Shown in pieces: positions 17,631 to 27,701 of a stretch of 64,000 nt of DNA. Made by a program: the position numbers and the translations under genes. The DNA is from a bacterium. Its GTDB lineage: Bacteria; SZUA-182; DTGQ01. The notes under the pieces were generated by a model that was not told the DNA's origin, searched no databases, and saw nothing but the letters and a program-made list of their open reading frames with translations. The stretch covers positions 6,114 through 70,113 of the forward strand of contig JBFMGO010000011.1 in NCBI GenBank assembly GCA_040752695.1, written 5' to 3'. Numbering within the stretch: the first letter of the stretch is position 1; each line of letters begins with the position of its first letter.

Positions 17631-18911
17631 ATGTACTTTTTATACATAATTTATATTATCTTAATTTTTATCCGGCCACAGGATTGGGTCCCCGTGATAT
17701 TGGATATGCGATTACTCAATCCGGTCGGCGCCGCTCTTATTTTATGTTTTCTTATGCGTTTTTATGGAAAAAGGATTGACCGGCAATCACCTTTCAGCAA
17801 ACTGACCGTACTTTTTGTATTATCTGTCATCCTTTCCCCTATTCTCAGCTCTGGCTATATTCATGGCGCGATCGATTCATTCTGGGCCATGCTGCCTCTC
17901 CTGACCCTGACCATAGCCGGAGTCGAATCTATCCGAAGCTGGGAAAAACTCCGTCTGGTCCTTACTGTTCTCATATCATGTACTATCTTAGCGAGTGTCA
18001 ATTCGATCTTGCAGATGTCAAGAGGGGTGGGATTTTATGGAATCATGCCGATACAGGAGTCCTACGGCGTGCGCGTTCAGGCATTTGGTATCTTTAATAA
18101 TCCTAATAACCTGGCGCTCCTCCATGCCATGATCATACCACTGCTCCTGGGTGCGTTGCTGTGGCCAGGCTTAATGCCGCGCGTGCTGACTCTGCCTTTA
18201 CTTATCATCAATCTTGTCTCACTTTATGAAACCCGCTCCCGCGGCGGCCAAATGGCAGCTATGGCCGGGCTCTTCGCCTTTGTGCTGACAACAGGCCGGG
18301 GCAGCAAGAAACTTTTTTGGGGTAATGCGCTCTGCATTCTTTTCCTTATCATGATCCTTCCCCATATACAGCGAAAGTCGATCGATACGCATCATGGCTC
18401 CGAACGAGGCCGTATGGAGGCCTGGAGTTTCGGCTTATCAACTTTCAAGAAAAAGCCATTTGCAGGTCTCGGGTATGGCATGTGGAGAGAGCATTGGAAA
18501 CTGGATACCCACAGTTCATATGTGCTCAGTTTCGCCGAGACAGGACTCGTGGGATTTTATTTTTTTATCGGGATGCTGTTCCTGGGGATCAAGGATTCCT
18601 GGCGGTTAGGCGGGCTGAAACGCGAACCATCCGATCCAGGGGAATTCGTCTGGTATATCAATCTTGGGCATTGCCTTTTTGCTGCACTTATTGTCTATCT
18701 GGTGGCATCTTTATTTCAAACCAGAACGTATTACCTTCCGCTCTATCTTTACCTGACTATGATTGCCGCCATTACCAACCTGATCAGAGTGAATCATGAA
18801 GCAGATCAGTACTTTTACAGCCTTGAGCATGATTGGATGAAAACAGGGATCCTGGCAGCGGAGAGCATTGCAGGAATCTATCTTTTCACCAGAACCCTCT
18901 GGCGGTGGTGA
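17631..18911 (+). CDS. O-antigen ligase/polymerase family membrane protein (Wzy_C domain)
   Basis: About 11 TM helices. ...SRGGQMAAMAGLF...SFAETGLVGFYFFIGMLF is typical of the Wzy_C/O-antigen ligase domain. Confidence 0.7.
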   Translation: MYFLYIIYIILIFIRPQDWVPVILDMRLLNPVGAALILCFLMRFYGKRIDRQSPFSKLTVLFVLSVILSPILSSGYIHGAIDSFWAMLPLLTLTIAGVESIRSWEKLRLVLTVLISCTILASVNSILQMSRGVGFYGIMPIQESYGVRVQAFGIFNNPNNLALLHAMIIPLLLGALLWPGLMPRVLTLPLLIINLVSLYETRSRGGQMAAMAGLFAFVLTTGRGSKKLFWGNALCILFLIMILPHIQRKSIDTHHGSERGRMEAWSFGLSTFKKKPFAGLGYGMWREHWKLDTHSSYVLSFAETGLVGFYFFIGMLFLGIKDSWRLGGLKREPSDPGEFVWYINLGHCLFAALIVYLVASLFQTRTYYLPLYLYLTMIAAITNLIRVNHEADQYFYSLEHDWMKTGILAAESIAGIYLFTRTLWRW

Positions 18912-19018
18912 TTCCTTAGGATGACGAGGGCGGCGGAGCAGACCAGGTGAAGCAGGTAAGACAAACCGCCCGTCATGAAATCCGAGTAAGATCCGAATGA
19001 AATCCGAGTAAGATCCGA

Positions 19019-20170
19019 ATGAGATCCGAAAAAACAATCCTTCAGGTTCTCCATTTTATACCACGCAACAAGCGCAGTATGGAACTATTTTTGCTGCGGC
19101 TGAACAAAGAAATCGTACAAAATGGCTGGAGCCATATTCTCGTCCTCGAACCACCGGTGCCGTACTGGTTTCGGAACGAAATTGAAAAGGATGGCGGGTC
19201 CATTGTTCTGTTTTCCTTTCCCTTGAGGTTTACCTCTGCGGTCAGTCTCCTGCGTATCCTGATAAAGCATCAGCCGGATGTACTCCATGCGCACTTTATT
19301 TCACCTTTTAATCCCTGGATACACTTAATAAAGAAGATATCCCCCGGCTGCTGCCTGATTTATACGGATCATAGCTCCGGCAATATACGCAAAAAATCTG
19401 CCATATCAGAGTACATTTCGTTTGTAAGAGGAAAATTGGCAAGCATGTCTTTTAACCGGCTCATAGCTGTTTCGGATTATGTTGCGGAGCGTGATATAAA
19501 GCAGGCTCATCTATCCGGAAGAAAGGTGATACGCATTTATAACGGAAATGGCATCGACATCGAAAGCCGGTTTCCAGTCCGGTCATCCGAAGATGAAGAT
19601 TATCGGGAATCCGGGCCTGTCCGAGTAACCTTTGTTGGACGGCTCATCAGGAAAAAGGGTGTCATGACTCTGCTCCGGGCGTTTAAACAGGTAAGGCAAA
19701 CGGTTACTATTCCCGTTGAATTAGTGATAGCTGGCAAAGGACCCATGGAGAGCGAGCTTCGCTCATATTGCTCGAAGGAGGGTCTGACTGACGTCGAGTT
19801 TCCCGGATATGTCAGCGATATTGCTGACCTTTTCTCAAGGGCGGACATTGTCGTGGTCCCATCGGAATGGGACGAAGCCTTTGGATTTACGGTCGTGGAA
19901 GGTATGGCTGCCGGTGCGGCTGTTTTGGGTTCGGATGCAGGGGGAATCCCTGAAATCCTGGGCTGCCGGCCAGAGGCCGGCCTGGTATTCAAAAGGGGGA
20001 ATGAGGGTGATCTGGCCTGTAAGCTTAGACAATTAGTTGAAAACCCTTCATTAAGGCAGGCCCTGGGGCGCTCTGCCCGAGAGCGGGTCGAGGCATTTTT
20101 CACTCTTGATTCCATGGTCAGGGGCTATTTGGAAGTCTACCGGAATGTTCTCTTATCTAACCAGATCTGA
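19019..20170 (+). CDS. Glycosyltransferase family 4
   Basis: VRVTFVGRLIRKKG...EAFGFTVVEGMAAGAAVLGSDAGGIPEIL. Confidence 0.8.
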   Translation: MRSEKTILQVLHFIPRNKRSMELFLLRLNKEIVQNGWSHILVLEPPVPYWFRNEIEKDGGSIVLFSFPLRFTSAVSLLRILIKHQPDVLHAHFISPFNPWIHLIKKISPGCCLIYTDHSSGNIRKKSAISEYISFVRGKLASMSFNRLIAVSDYVAERDIKQAHLSGRKVIRIYNGNGIDIESRFPVRSSEDEDYRESGPVRVTFVGRLIRKKGVMTLLRAFKQVRQTVTIPVELVIAGKGPMESELRSYCSKEGLTDVEFPGYVSDIADLFSRADIVVVPSEWDEAFGFTVVEGMAAGAAVLGSDAGGIPEILGCRPEAGLVFKRGNEGDLACKLRQLVENPSLRQALGRSARERVEAFFTLDSMVRGYLEVYRNVLLSNQI

Positions 20171-20879
20171 AGATATCAGTGAAGCAAGGCTGCACCTCGA
20201 GAGAGCCGGTCTGGGCTGCTTCGGGCGGGAATGGCTGACCGAGAATATCTGGCGACTGCTTTTCCGTCTTATTGCTCATTCATGGCCTGAGAGAATCGAT
20301 ATCGGCAAGAGCTGGGACATTCAGCAGGTAATCGGTATCATCAAAAAGGGATGGGTCGGCAAATCGGCCAAAATACTCGATGCCGGATGCTGGAATTCCG
20401 AGATCCTCCAGACCTTATACCGGGCCGGATTCCGGAATCTGTGGGGGTGTGATCTGAACCCTCTGGTCCATTGGCAGCGCCGTTTCTGGAAGACGAGATA
20501 TTCGATCCAGGATATCACCGCAACCAATTATCCGAACCGCATTTTTGAGATGGTTACCTGTCTGTCTGTCATCGAACATGGAGTCGATATTGAGCAGTTT
20601 TTTGTTGAAATGTCAAGGATAATCGCTTCCGGCGGATATCTCCTTTTGACCTTTGATTACTATCCGGAATCTATCGATACTGAAGGAATCACAGCCTTCG
20701 GGCTGCCCTGGCATATTTTCGATAACCATGATGTCGGTCAGATGCTGAAGGCTGCACAAGCACTGGGCTTTTTTCCTATCGACAGGGTCCGGCTGCCGGA
20801 AAAGATCCCATCTCCTGTCTCCTGGCATGGAAGATCTTATACCGTTGGCTTTCTGGGGTTGAAAAAAGCCGATAACTGA
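20145..20879 (+). CDS. Class I SAM-dependent methyltransferase (paralogue family A)
   Basis: Start taken at the internal ATG (the longer ORF from 20106 overlaps the upstream gene by 65 nt). KILDAGCWNSE...FEMVTCLSVIEHGVD...GGYLLLTF. Confidence 0.6.
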   Translation: MFSYLTRSEDISEARLHLERAGLGCFGREWLTENIWRLLFRLIAHSWPERIDIGKSWDIQQVIGIIKKGWVGKSAKILDAGCWNSEILQTLYRAGFRNLWGCDLNPLVHWQRRFWKTRYSIQDITATNYPNRIFEMVTCLSVIEHGVDIEQFFVEMSRIIASGGYLLLTFDYYPESIDTEGITAFGLPWHIFDNHDVGQMLKAAQALGFFPIDRVRLPEKIPSPVSWHGRSYTVGFLGLKKADN

Positions 20880-20929
20880 TCTTGAATCCATGGATGAACT
20901 ATCTTTCCAGAGATTAAAAAAAGCAAACC

Positions 20930-21820
20930 ATGAAAAAATTCAATTTAAAGAAAGTATCCAATTCCATACAGCAGACATGTTTTGATGTGGACAGGTACAT
21001 AACTGGCCAACCGGAAGCTGATGCCGAATTCTGGAGTAAAGCCAACTCGATCAGACATGCCTACACTATCCTGGAGATCGTTCGTTATGCAAAAAAGAAA
21101 GACAAAAACTTTCTGAAAATCCTCAATGCTTCCGGACTCTCCTGCGGTCACCAGGATTTTTCGATAGCAACTTTTCTTCGAGAGCAAACGGCTATCCGTT
21201 TCAAATGGATAGCCTATGAAAGCCCGCACAGTGAATATCTGAGCAATGATAGATTCAAATCTTATATTTCGGATTTACAAATAAATCTCAGATTATCCGA
21301 TTGGAACCAATCTCCTGGTTTATATGGAGAAGATAGTGATTTCGATGTGGTAATCTTTACCGAAATTGTGGAACATCTCGATCATTCTACCCTGTTAAAA
21401 TGCCTCATGGCCATAAGGGAAAGGATGAGAGATGACGGTATATTGGTAATAACAACACCGAATTCGGTGAGTCTGATAAACAGAATCAAAATCTTGCTTG
21501 CCAATGGAGACGATCTCTATTGGGGTGATGGAAGGCAGAATTACGAGAGGGGCTTATACGGCCACATTGCAGCTTTTGATTTGAGGAGAATGGAAAGGTT
21601 ATTGGAAGATACGGGCTATCGCAGTTGCGAAGCTTTTACTTTTACCTATAAACCGTATACCTTCGCCTGCAATCGTACCTCAAACGCTATCGGCATCATC
21701 AAGTTCACGGTATATAGGGCCATCGATTTTCTGTCGCAATTTGGGAATACCATGGGAAGGTCACTGTTCATCGTTGCTGAAAAATGCGATGAGGCTAAGG
21801 AAATTCCCTTTCAAATATAG
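20930..21820 (+). CDS. Class I SAM-dependent methyltransferase (paralogue family A)
   Basis: FDVVIFTEIVEHLDHSTLLKCLMAIRERMRDDGILVITTPN is the same block as in ORFs 4633 and 23156. Confidence 0.65.
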   Translation: MKKFNLKKVSNSIQQTCFDVDRYITGQPEADAEFWSKANSIRHAYTILEIVRYAKKKDKNFLKILNASGLSCGHQDFSIATFLREQTAIRFKWIAYESPHSEYLSNDRFKSYISDLQINLRLSDWNQSPGLYGEDSDFDVVIFTEIVEHLDHSTLLKCLMAIRERMRDDGILVITTPNSVSLINRIKILLANGDDLYWGDGRQNYERGLYGHIAAFDLRRMERLLEDTGYRSCEAFTFTYKPYTFACNRTSNAIGIIKFTVYRAIDFLSQFGNTMGRSLFIVAEKCDEAKEIPFQI

Positions 21821-21886
21821 GTCGAATAAGAACAGTGCTCTTATATTCTCTCATCAGTCATCAGCCGCTTACCTTCTTCTGAAACT

Positions 21887-23140
21887 ATGCGTATTCTGTT
21901 CATAACGCCAACCTTTCCCCCTCAGCATTGCGATATCGGCAATCACACTTTCCGGCTGGCTCAAGCGATCGGGCAGTACGGGCATGAATCCGCTGTTATT
22001 ACCAGAGCAGGCGATATTAACGGAGCCGGCAGCAGGGGTGAGGTATATAACGTCATCGGAAGGTGGGACTTTTCCTGCCTGAAACCGATTTACCGAACGA
22101 TCAACGATTGGCGACCGGATATTGTCCATCTTCAGTACGAAGAGGCCGCGTTTCGAGGCGAGGCAGCAATTTGCTTCCTTCCCCTTCTTCTTTGGAAAAA
22201 GGGAATCCCCTGTTGCGTGACCCTTCACGAGGCATGCCCGCCGTTTTTTTGGCATGGAGCAGTCCGTGTCCGCCTTGGCGGGAAGATCAAGTTTCCCTGG
22301 CTGGATCTGATTCCGCCTGGAATCCTCTCAAGAGCAGGTTTTTCACCGGCAGCCTTGAGCAGGCACCGCACTTCAGCACTCAAATCATTATTGGGGTGCG
22401 CATCGCGGATTATCGTATCGAATCAAGAGGGAAAAGATTTTGTCACACCTTTTGTGACCAGGAAAAGAAATATCGTGTCCATACCTATGGGAACAGGGAT
22501 TGCCGTGGCCGAAAGAAGCGAACCTGAAAAAATAAACCACCTTCGCCTGCCATCCGGCAAGTTCCTGATGATTTATTTAGGTTATCTCCTCCCTTCAAAA
22601 GGCATCGGTGAGCTGATTGAAGCGATGGGCTTACTGAAAACCGAACCTGTTCACTTGATCATCATGGGCGGTAAGAACGAATTTATGCCTGAGGCCGATT
22701 ACCGGAAAATGCTGGAAGTATGGAAAGGCAGGGCCGATGAATTGGGAATTTCCGAATGTATCACCTGGACCGGTTTCATTGATGAAAGAACGGCATCTCA
22801 GCTCTTGCCAAGAGCCAGGATAGCGGTGCTGCCGTTCCGTGATGGAGCTGTGTTTAAACGGTCCAGTCTGATGACAGCAATTGCGCATGGTCTGCCAATT
22901 GTCACCACGGAAGGAAAATTCACGACCGCTGATGTGCGCACCTTAAGGAGCGTTGTCTTTGTCAGACCGGGGGATTCTCAGGGATTGGCGGAAAAATGCC
23001 GGCAGATTATCCGCTCGGATCAGGAGTACAGCCAGCTTCGGATACAAGCCAAAGTCTTGCAGGAAAAATTCTCCTGGCAGGCTATCGCAGTCAGGACAGC
23101 CGGAATTTATCATGAATTGGCGGGAATAAGTCTATCATAA
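21887..23140 (+). CDS. Glycosyltransferase family 4
   Basis: MRILFITPTFPP..., C-terminal GT-B domain. Confidence 0.8.
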   Translation: MRILFITPTFPPQHCDIGNHTFRLAQAIGQYGHESAVITRAGDINGAGSRGEVYNVIGRWDFSCLKPIYRTINDWRPDIVHLQYEEAAFRGEAAICFLPLLLWKKGIPCCVTLHEACPPFFWHGAVRVRLGGKIKFPWLDLIPPGILSRAGFSPAALSRHRTSALKSLLGCASRIIVSNQEGKDFVTPFVTRKRNIVSIPMGTGIAVAERSEPEKINHLRLPSGKFLMIYLGYLLPSKGIGELIEAMGLLKTEPVHLIIMGGKNEFMPEADYRKMLEVWKGRADELGISECITWTGFIDERTASQLLPRARIAVLPFRDGAVFKRSSLMTAIAHGLPIVTTEGKFTTADVRTLRSVVFVRPGDSQGLAEKCRQIIRSDQEYSQLRIQAKVLQEKFSWQAIAVRTAGIYHELAGISLS

Positions 23141-23155
23141 TAATAGGGAAAAATT

Positions 23156-23860
23156 ATGAATAACTTAGATGGAAATATTCGAGAACGGGCCATTCCAGGA
23201 GTACATCAAGCTGTTTTCAACAAAATTACCAAATGCTTTCCCGAACCAAAAGACATTTGCATTCTGGACCTTGGTGCCGGCGAGGGGGCCATGTCAAAAC
23301 GGCTGGCTTCAGCAGGCTATTATGTCGAAGCAACCGAGATTTCAGAGGGAAGATTCCAGGTCAATCCTGTGCCATGTCATTGCCTTGATTTGAACAAAGA
23401 CTTTGCTCAATTATTTAACCAAAAGTTCAATGCAATTGTAGCTATTGAAATTATTGAACATCTTGAAAACCCTCGTCATTTTCTGAAAAATTGCCGGCAA
23501 TTATTGGATGAATCGGGAATTCTCTTTCTTACATCGCCAAACGTCGAGTCATGGAATTCACGTCTTATTTTTTTGAAGCATGGCAGATTCCAGTTTTTCG
23601 GTGATGTTGATTATCAGAATAACGGGCACATTACTCCACTGTTTTCCTGGCAGATCGAGCAGATTTTAAATGAGACGGATTTTAAGCTCCTTCACAGGGC
23701 CGGACTGAACGAAAGATTTGTCTGGCATCTTGCCTATAGTTATTCCGGGTATCCCCCGATGACTTTCTTGATAAAGCTCGTCCTATGGTGCTCTTTAGGC
23801 CTGCACTTTCGGAAAAATACCCAGGGTGCTACAAACCTTTTCATCGCAGGCGCCCGCTAG
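23156..23860 (+). CDS. Class I SAM-dependent methyltransferase (paralogue family A)
   Basis: ILDLGAGEGAMSKRLASAGYYV...FNAIVAIEIIEHLENP...GILFLTSPN. Confidence 0.65.
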   Translation: MNNLDGNIRERAIPGVHQAVFNKITKCFPEPKDICILDLGAGEGAMSKRLASAGYYVEATEISEGRFQVNPVPCHCLDLNKDFAQLFNQKFNAIVAIEIIEHLENPRHFLKNCRQLLDESGILFLTSPNVESWNSRLIFLKHGRFQFFGDVDYQNNGHITPLFSWQIEQILNETDFKLLHRAGLNERFVWHLAYSYSGYPPMTFLIKLVLWCSLGLHFRKNTQGATNLFIAGAR

Positions 23861-23904
23861 ACTCCATACTTTAAGACATTTTTCAATCAAGGACGAATAA
23901 TACG

Positions 23905-25086
23905 ATGCGTATTGCCTTTGTAACAAATGTTTATTTTCCGGCTTCACCCTATTCCGCTGTCGGAGCCTATATCAGTGATACCGCCAGGGAACTGGTCCGG
24001 CGGGGGCACGAAGTTTTCGTCTTCACCACGGCTTTTATCGATCCATTTGTTTATGAGGATCAAGGGGTGGTAGTTGTTCCGGTTCCGGTCAGGAAAACTC
24101 CCGGCTGGATTCCGGGCATTATCCGTATGGAGTCAGCTTTAATGCATTCCATGAGAAAAATCCGGGGCAAGAGAGGATGGGATATTATCGAGGTTGTCTC
24201 GGATTCTCCTTTTGGGGCATCACTGGGGCTTCTTCCCCCTGCTGAGGGGAAGCTCGTAGTTCGCGTCCACCAGCATCGCGCCCCAGCCTCGTTACCTGAC
24301 TGTCAGAGAATTCTCTATGATTGGCTGCAACACAGAAAATGCCTGAGCGCTGATCTTTGTCTGGCGAATTCAAGGGCTGCTGGATGCAAGTGGCGGAAAG
24401 CTCATAAATTAAACGGGCATAACCCGGTGCACTATGCCTGGTACGGGTTGGACCTCTCGAAATTTTATCCTGTAGCTTCCCCAAAGGTTAACTATCGCAA
24501 GAAAGGGGAGAAAATAGTCTTTTTTTCCGGACGGCTTACCAAAGGGAAGGGTTTTTTTAATCTGTTTCGGGCCTTTCGGGAAATTGTGACCGTGAAGGTT
24601 CCGGAGGCAATGTTTGTATTTGCCGGTCCGAATGAAGAATATCTTGACCTGTTCGAAGCGGAAATAAGGCCTTATTTATCAGATAAAATTGTATACGCCG
24701 GCTGCCTGAATCATGATAACCTGCCGGACTATTACTCACAGGCCGATTTCTTCGTCGCTCCCTTTCTAACGCCTGAAGCTTTCGGATTGGTTTTCATAGA
24801 GGCCATAGCCTGTGGATGCCCTGTTGTTGCCACCAACGCCGGCAGTACCCCTGAAATATTTAAAGAGAGTAAATGTGCCTGCCTCTTCGACGATACCAGT
24901 CCGGAGGGTATAGCCAAGGTTTTGATCGAGTTATTAAAAGATGAGAAAAGGCTGTCAGAGATGAAAAGACACTCAAGAAGCCATGCCGAGCGGCATTTCG
25001 CACTCTCGGTCGCGGTTGACCGCCAGGAGCGGATCTACAGGCAATTGCTTGAGGGAAATCTGAGCCCTAAAACCGCATGTTGTTAA
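23905..25086 (+). CDS. Glycosyltransferase family 4
   Basis: MRIAFVTNVYFP...FFSGRLTKGKG...EAFGLVFIEAIACGCPVVATNAGSTPEI. Confidence 0.8.
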   Translation: MRIAFVTNVYFPASPYSAVGAYISDTARELVRRGHEVFVFTTAFIDPFVYEDQGVVVVPVPVRKTPGWIPGIIRMESALMHSMRKIRGKRGWDIIEVVSDSPFGASLGLLPPAEGKLVVRVHQHRAPASLPDCQRILYDWLQHRKCLSADLCLANSRAAGCKWRKAHKLNGHNPVHYAWYGLDLSKFYPVASPKVNYRKKGEKIVFFSGRLTKGKGFFNLFRAFREIVTVKVPEAMFVFAGPNEEYLDLFEAEIRPYLSDKIVYAGCLNHDNLPDYYSQADFFVAPFLTPEAFGLVFIEAIACGCPVVATNAGSTPEIFKESKCACLFDDTSPEGIAKVLIELLKDEKRLSEMKRHSRSHAERHFALSVAVDRQERIYRQLLEGNLSPKTACC

Positions 25087-25142
25087 TTATCCGACCTACA
25101 GGCAGTTCCCAATCACCAATTTTTCAGGAGGTTAGTCACCTC

Positions 25143-26285
25143 ATGTCACACCTTTTTTATCTGAGTTTGGGCATTGTCATCTATACTTTCTTTGGCTACC
25201 CTCTCCTCATGTATGCCCTGGCCAGGGTAAACCCTCTGCCTGTGCATACCGACGACATTTTTCCACCCGTCTCGATCCTGCTTTGTGTCCATAATGAAGA
25301 AAAGCTGATAGAAAGGAGAATAAGCAACCTGCTGAGTCTCGACTACCCGTCTGACAGGCTGGAAATTCTGGTCGGGTCCGACGGGTCCACCGATGGCACC
25401 ATCGAGAGTCTCGCCAGAATGGAGAACAAGGGAGTGCGTACTTTCATTTTCCCCAGCCAGCAGGGGAAGCCTTCGGTTCTCAATGCCCTGGCCAGGGAAG
25501 CCAGGGGGGAACTCTTTATCTTTGCCGATGCCCGTCAGTACTGGGAAAAGGGAGCTCTGAAAGCCCTGATGAGAAACTTTGCCGATAAAAGCGTCGGCAT
25601 GGCAAGCGGACTGATTTATGAAGGCCGGGAAGGCATCTACCGCAGATATGAAAACTTTATCCGTCTTTCCGAATCCAGCTATGGATCGGTCCCCGGTACA
25701 TCCGGTTCTTTTTACGGTTTAAGAGCGGAGCTTTTCAAACCACTGCCTTTTGATACCATTCTGGACGATTTTATCCTGCCTATGCAGGTGATCAGGCAGG
25801 GATATCGTTCAGTTCTGGAAAAGTCGGCCATAGCCAATGATCTGACCTTTTCCCTGGCCCAGGAGAAGATCCGCAAGGTACGGACCCTGGCCGGAAATTT
25901 TCAGGCTTTCTTTCGCTACCCCTGGCTCCTTCATCCGGGCTGCAATCCGATCTGGTTTCAAACGGTTTCTCATAAAGTCATGCGTCTGACTATTCCTCTT
26001 TTCCTTCTCCTGCTCTTTATTTCCAATATCGCTTTATTGAAAGTAATGCTTTTTTACAGAGTCTTCTTTATCGTACAAATAGTATTTTATTCCATAAGCA
26101 TTATGGGTAAAGATAAAATATGGTCTGATGAAAATCCCTGGAGCAGCAAAGGAAGCATCAGCGAGAGGTTGTTGACCCTGTCTACCACATTCCTGGAATT
26201 AAACTGGGCCACTATCCTGGGATTATGGAGTTTTCTCACCGGACGGGCTACGGTTACCTGGAAAAAATACAGCGAGGGGAAATGA
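25143..26285 (+). CDS. Membrane-anchored glycosyltransferase family 2 (processive-synthase-like topology)
   Basis: Start at the ATG with AGGAGG RBS 11 nt upstream (the longer ORF from 25077 overlaps the upstream gene). TM-GT-A-TM layout: VSILLCVHNEEKLIERRISNLLSLDYP...LVGSDGSTDGT, with C-terminal TM helices. Confidence 0.75.
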   Translation: MSHLFYLSLGIVIYTFFGYPLLMYALARVNPLPVHTDDIFPPVSILLCVHNEEKLIERRISNLLSLDYPSDRLEILVGSDGSTDGTIESLARMENKGVRTFIFPSQQGKPSVLNALAREARGELFIFADARQYWEKGALKALMRNFADKSVGMASGLIYEGREGIYRRYENFIRLSESSYGSVPGTSGSFYGLRAELFKPLPFDTILDDFILPMQVIRQGYRSVLEKSAIANDLTFSLAQEKIRKVRTLAGNFQAFFRYPWLLHPGCNPIWFQTVSHKVMRLTIPLFLLLLFISNIALLKVMLFYRVFFIVQIVFYSISIMGKDKIWSDENPWSSKGSISERLLTLSTTFLELNWATILGLWSFLTGRATVTWKKYSEGK

Positions 26286-26339
26286 CCATGTGTTTTAATG
26301 GCAAAGAGCAAGCCGGTTAACAAAATGAGGAGAATTGCC

Positions 26340-27023
26340 ATGCGATATCAAAACCAAAACTTATATAAACATGCTGTCATCTCCATACTCGCCTTCTTTC
26401 TTTTTCTTCTTGGAAGCGGTCCCAGTCACGGCCAGGAGAACCCGCCATCCCCACTGTATCGGGAATCGCTTCGGGAAACCCTGGGGGAGTTTCAGGCCGG
26501 AACCAGGAGGATTACGAGAATTCAGACCAGGGACCGGAGTAATCTGACGAAAAGTCAAAACAAAGGAGTCATGGCTCTGAGTACGGAAGACAAAAAGGAT
26601 GACATCAGAAGTTTCCAATTTCCGCTTCGACCCGCAACTACCCCCCGCAATGAAGGAAGAACCGCACAACAGCGGCAACTGCCAACCTTTACCGGTGTGT
26701 TCCCGTGCCTTCCGCGCCTTCCCACGCTGCTGGGAGCAACCTGCAACACCACCTGCGGACTTCGAGCCGGATGCCTGATCAGCGCTCCCACCTTTGTAGG
26801 AGCGACCTGTAACACCACCTGCGGCCTTCGGGCCGGATGCTCTCTCGGTTCACCTACCTTTGTAGGAACGACCTGCAACATCACCTGCGGTCTTCGGTCT
26901 ACCTGCTCCAATAATCAGCTTTGTCAGATACTTGCACCCGTTATTTCGCCCTTCGCCAGGAACGACGGCTGCCACCGCCTGGCTGATGCAGGCAGGAAGA
27001 TGTTTATCTTCAACATGTTTTAG
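26340..27023 (+). CDS. Secreted Cys-rich tandem-repeat protein (hypothetical)
   Basis: AGGAG RBS 7 nt before the ATG. N-terminal signal peptide MRYQNQNLYKHAVISILAFFLFLLGSGPSHG. Three about 20-aa repeats PT(L/F)(L/V)G(A/T)TCN(T/I)TCGLR(A/S)(G/T)C, encoded by three about 60-bp DNA repeats. Confidence 0.45.
   Translation: MRYQNQNLYKHAVISILAFFLFLLGSGPSHGQENPPSPLYRESLRETLGEFQAGTRRITRIQTRDRSNLTKSQNKGVMALSTEDKKDDIRSFQFPLRPATTPRNEGRTAQQRQLPTFTGVFPCLPRLPTLLGATCNTTCGLRAGCLISAPTFVGATCNTTCGLRAGCSLGSPTFVGTTCNITCGLRSTCSNNQLCQILAPVISPFARNDGCHRLADAGRKMFIFNMF
26721..26910. repeat. Three tandem about 60-63-bp in-frame repeats encoding the Cys-rich 20-aa repeats
   Basis: ...acctgcaacaccacctgcggacttcgagccggatgc... 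repeated three times with point differences. Confidence 0.85.
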
Positions 27024-27072
27024 CTCAAATTTCCAGCAAGCTCAGATTTCCAGCCTTCGCGCCCTTTTATCC

Positions 27073-27669
27073 ATGGACATAACCTTTATTTCCACTCTTT
27101 TCCCGAACTCGGAAGAACCAAATCGGGCGGTTTACAATCAGTCGCTCCTTTGTGCCCTGCAAAGGCTGGGGCATAGAGTATGTGCGGTCGCTCCGGTGCT
27201 GTGGTTTCCCGGTGAAAAGTTTATCCGGCCAAGGTCATTTCCCCCGGCAAAAGAGAGGCAGGGGGAAATGAATGTCTTTCATCCCCGGCTCTTCTATACA
27301 CCGGGGATATTCATTCGCTGGCATTATCTCTTCTACCGGTGGTCCATAAGGAGGCATTTTTACTCCACGATTCACAAGTTCCAGCCGGATCATATCATTT
27401 TGGGCTTTATCTATCCGGACGCAGTTGCCCTTGCTCCCCTGTGCCGAAGATCCCGGATCGATTACTCCGTCCTGGTACTTGGCTCGGATTTCCGGATACG
27501 GACGAGGCAGCCAAGATTTAAAGACCTGGTTATGGCAACACTCCGCGAAGCCCCCTTGATCTTCTGTCCAGGCCAGGCCCTGAAAGGCGATATATCAGCC
27601 TCAGGCATTGAAGCAGATAAAATCGTCCCCTTTAACAATGGCCTGGACCATGACCTTTTTCACCCATAA
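27073..27669 (+). pseudogene. GT4 glycosyltransferase N-terminal (acceptor) domain only; looks like the 5' half of a split or frameshifted GT4 gene
   Basis: MDITFISTLFPNS... Rossmann N-domain ending ...IVPFNNGLDHDLFHP, then a stop. The cognate C-domain ORF starts 33 nt downstream in another frame. Confidence 0.5.
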
Positions 27670-27701
27670 GGGGGAAAGTGTATACATAAACTTGGTGCGC
27701 T

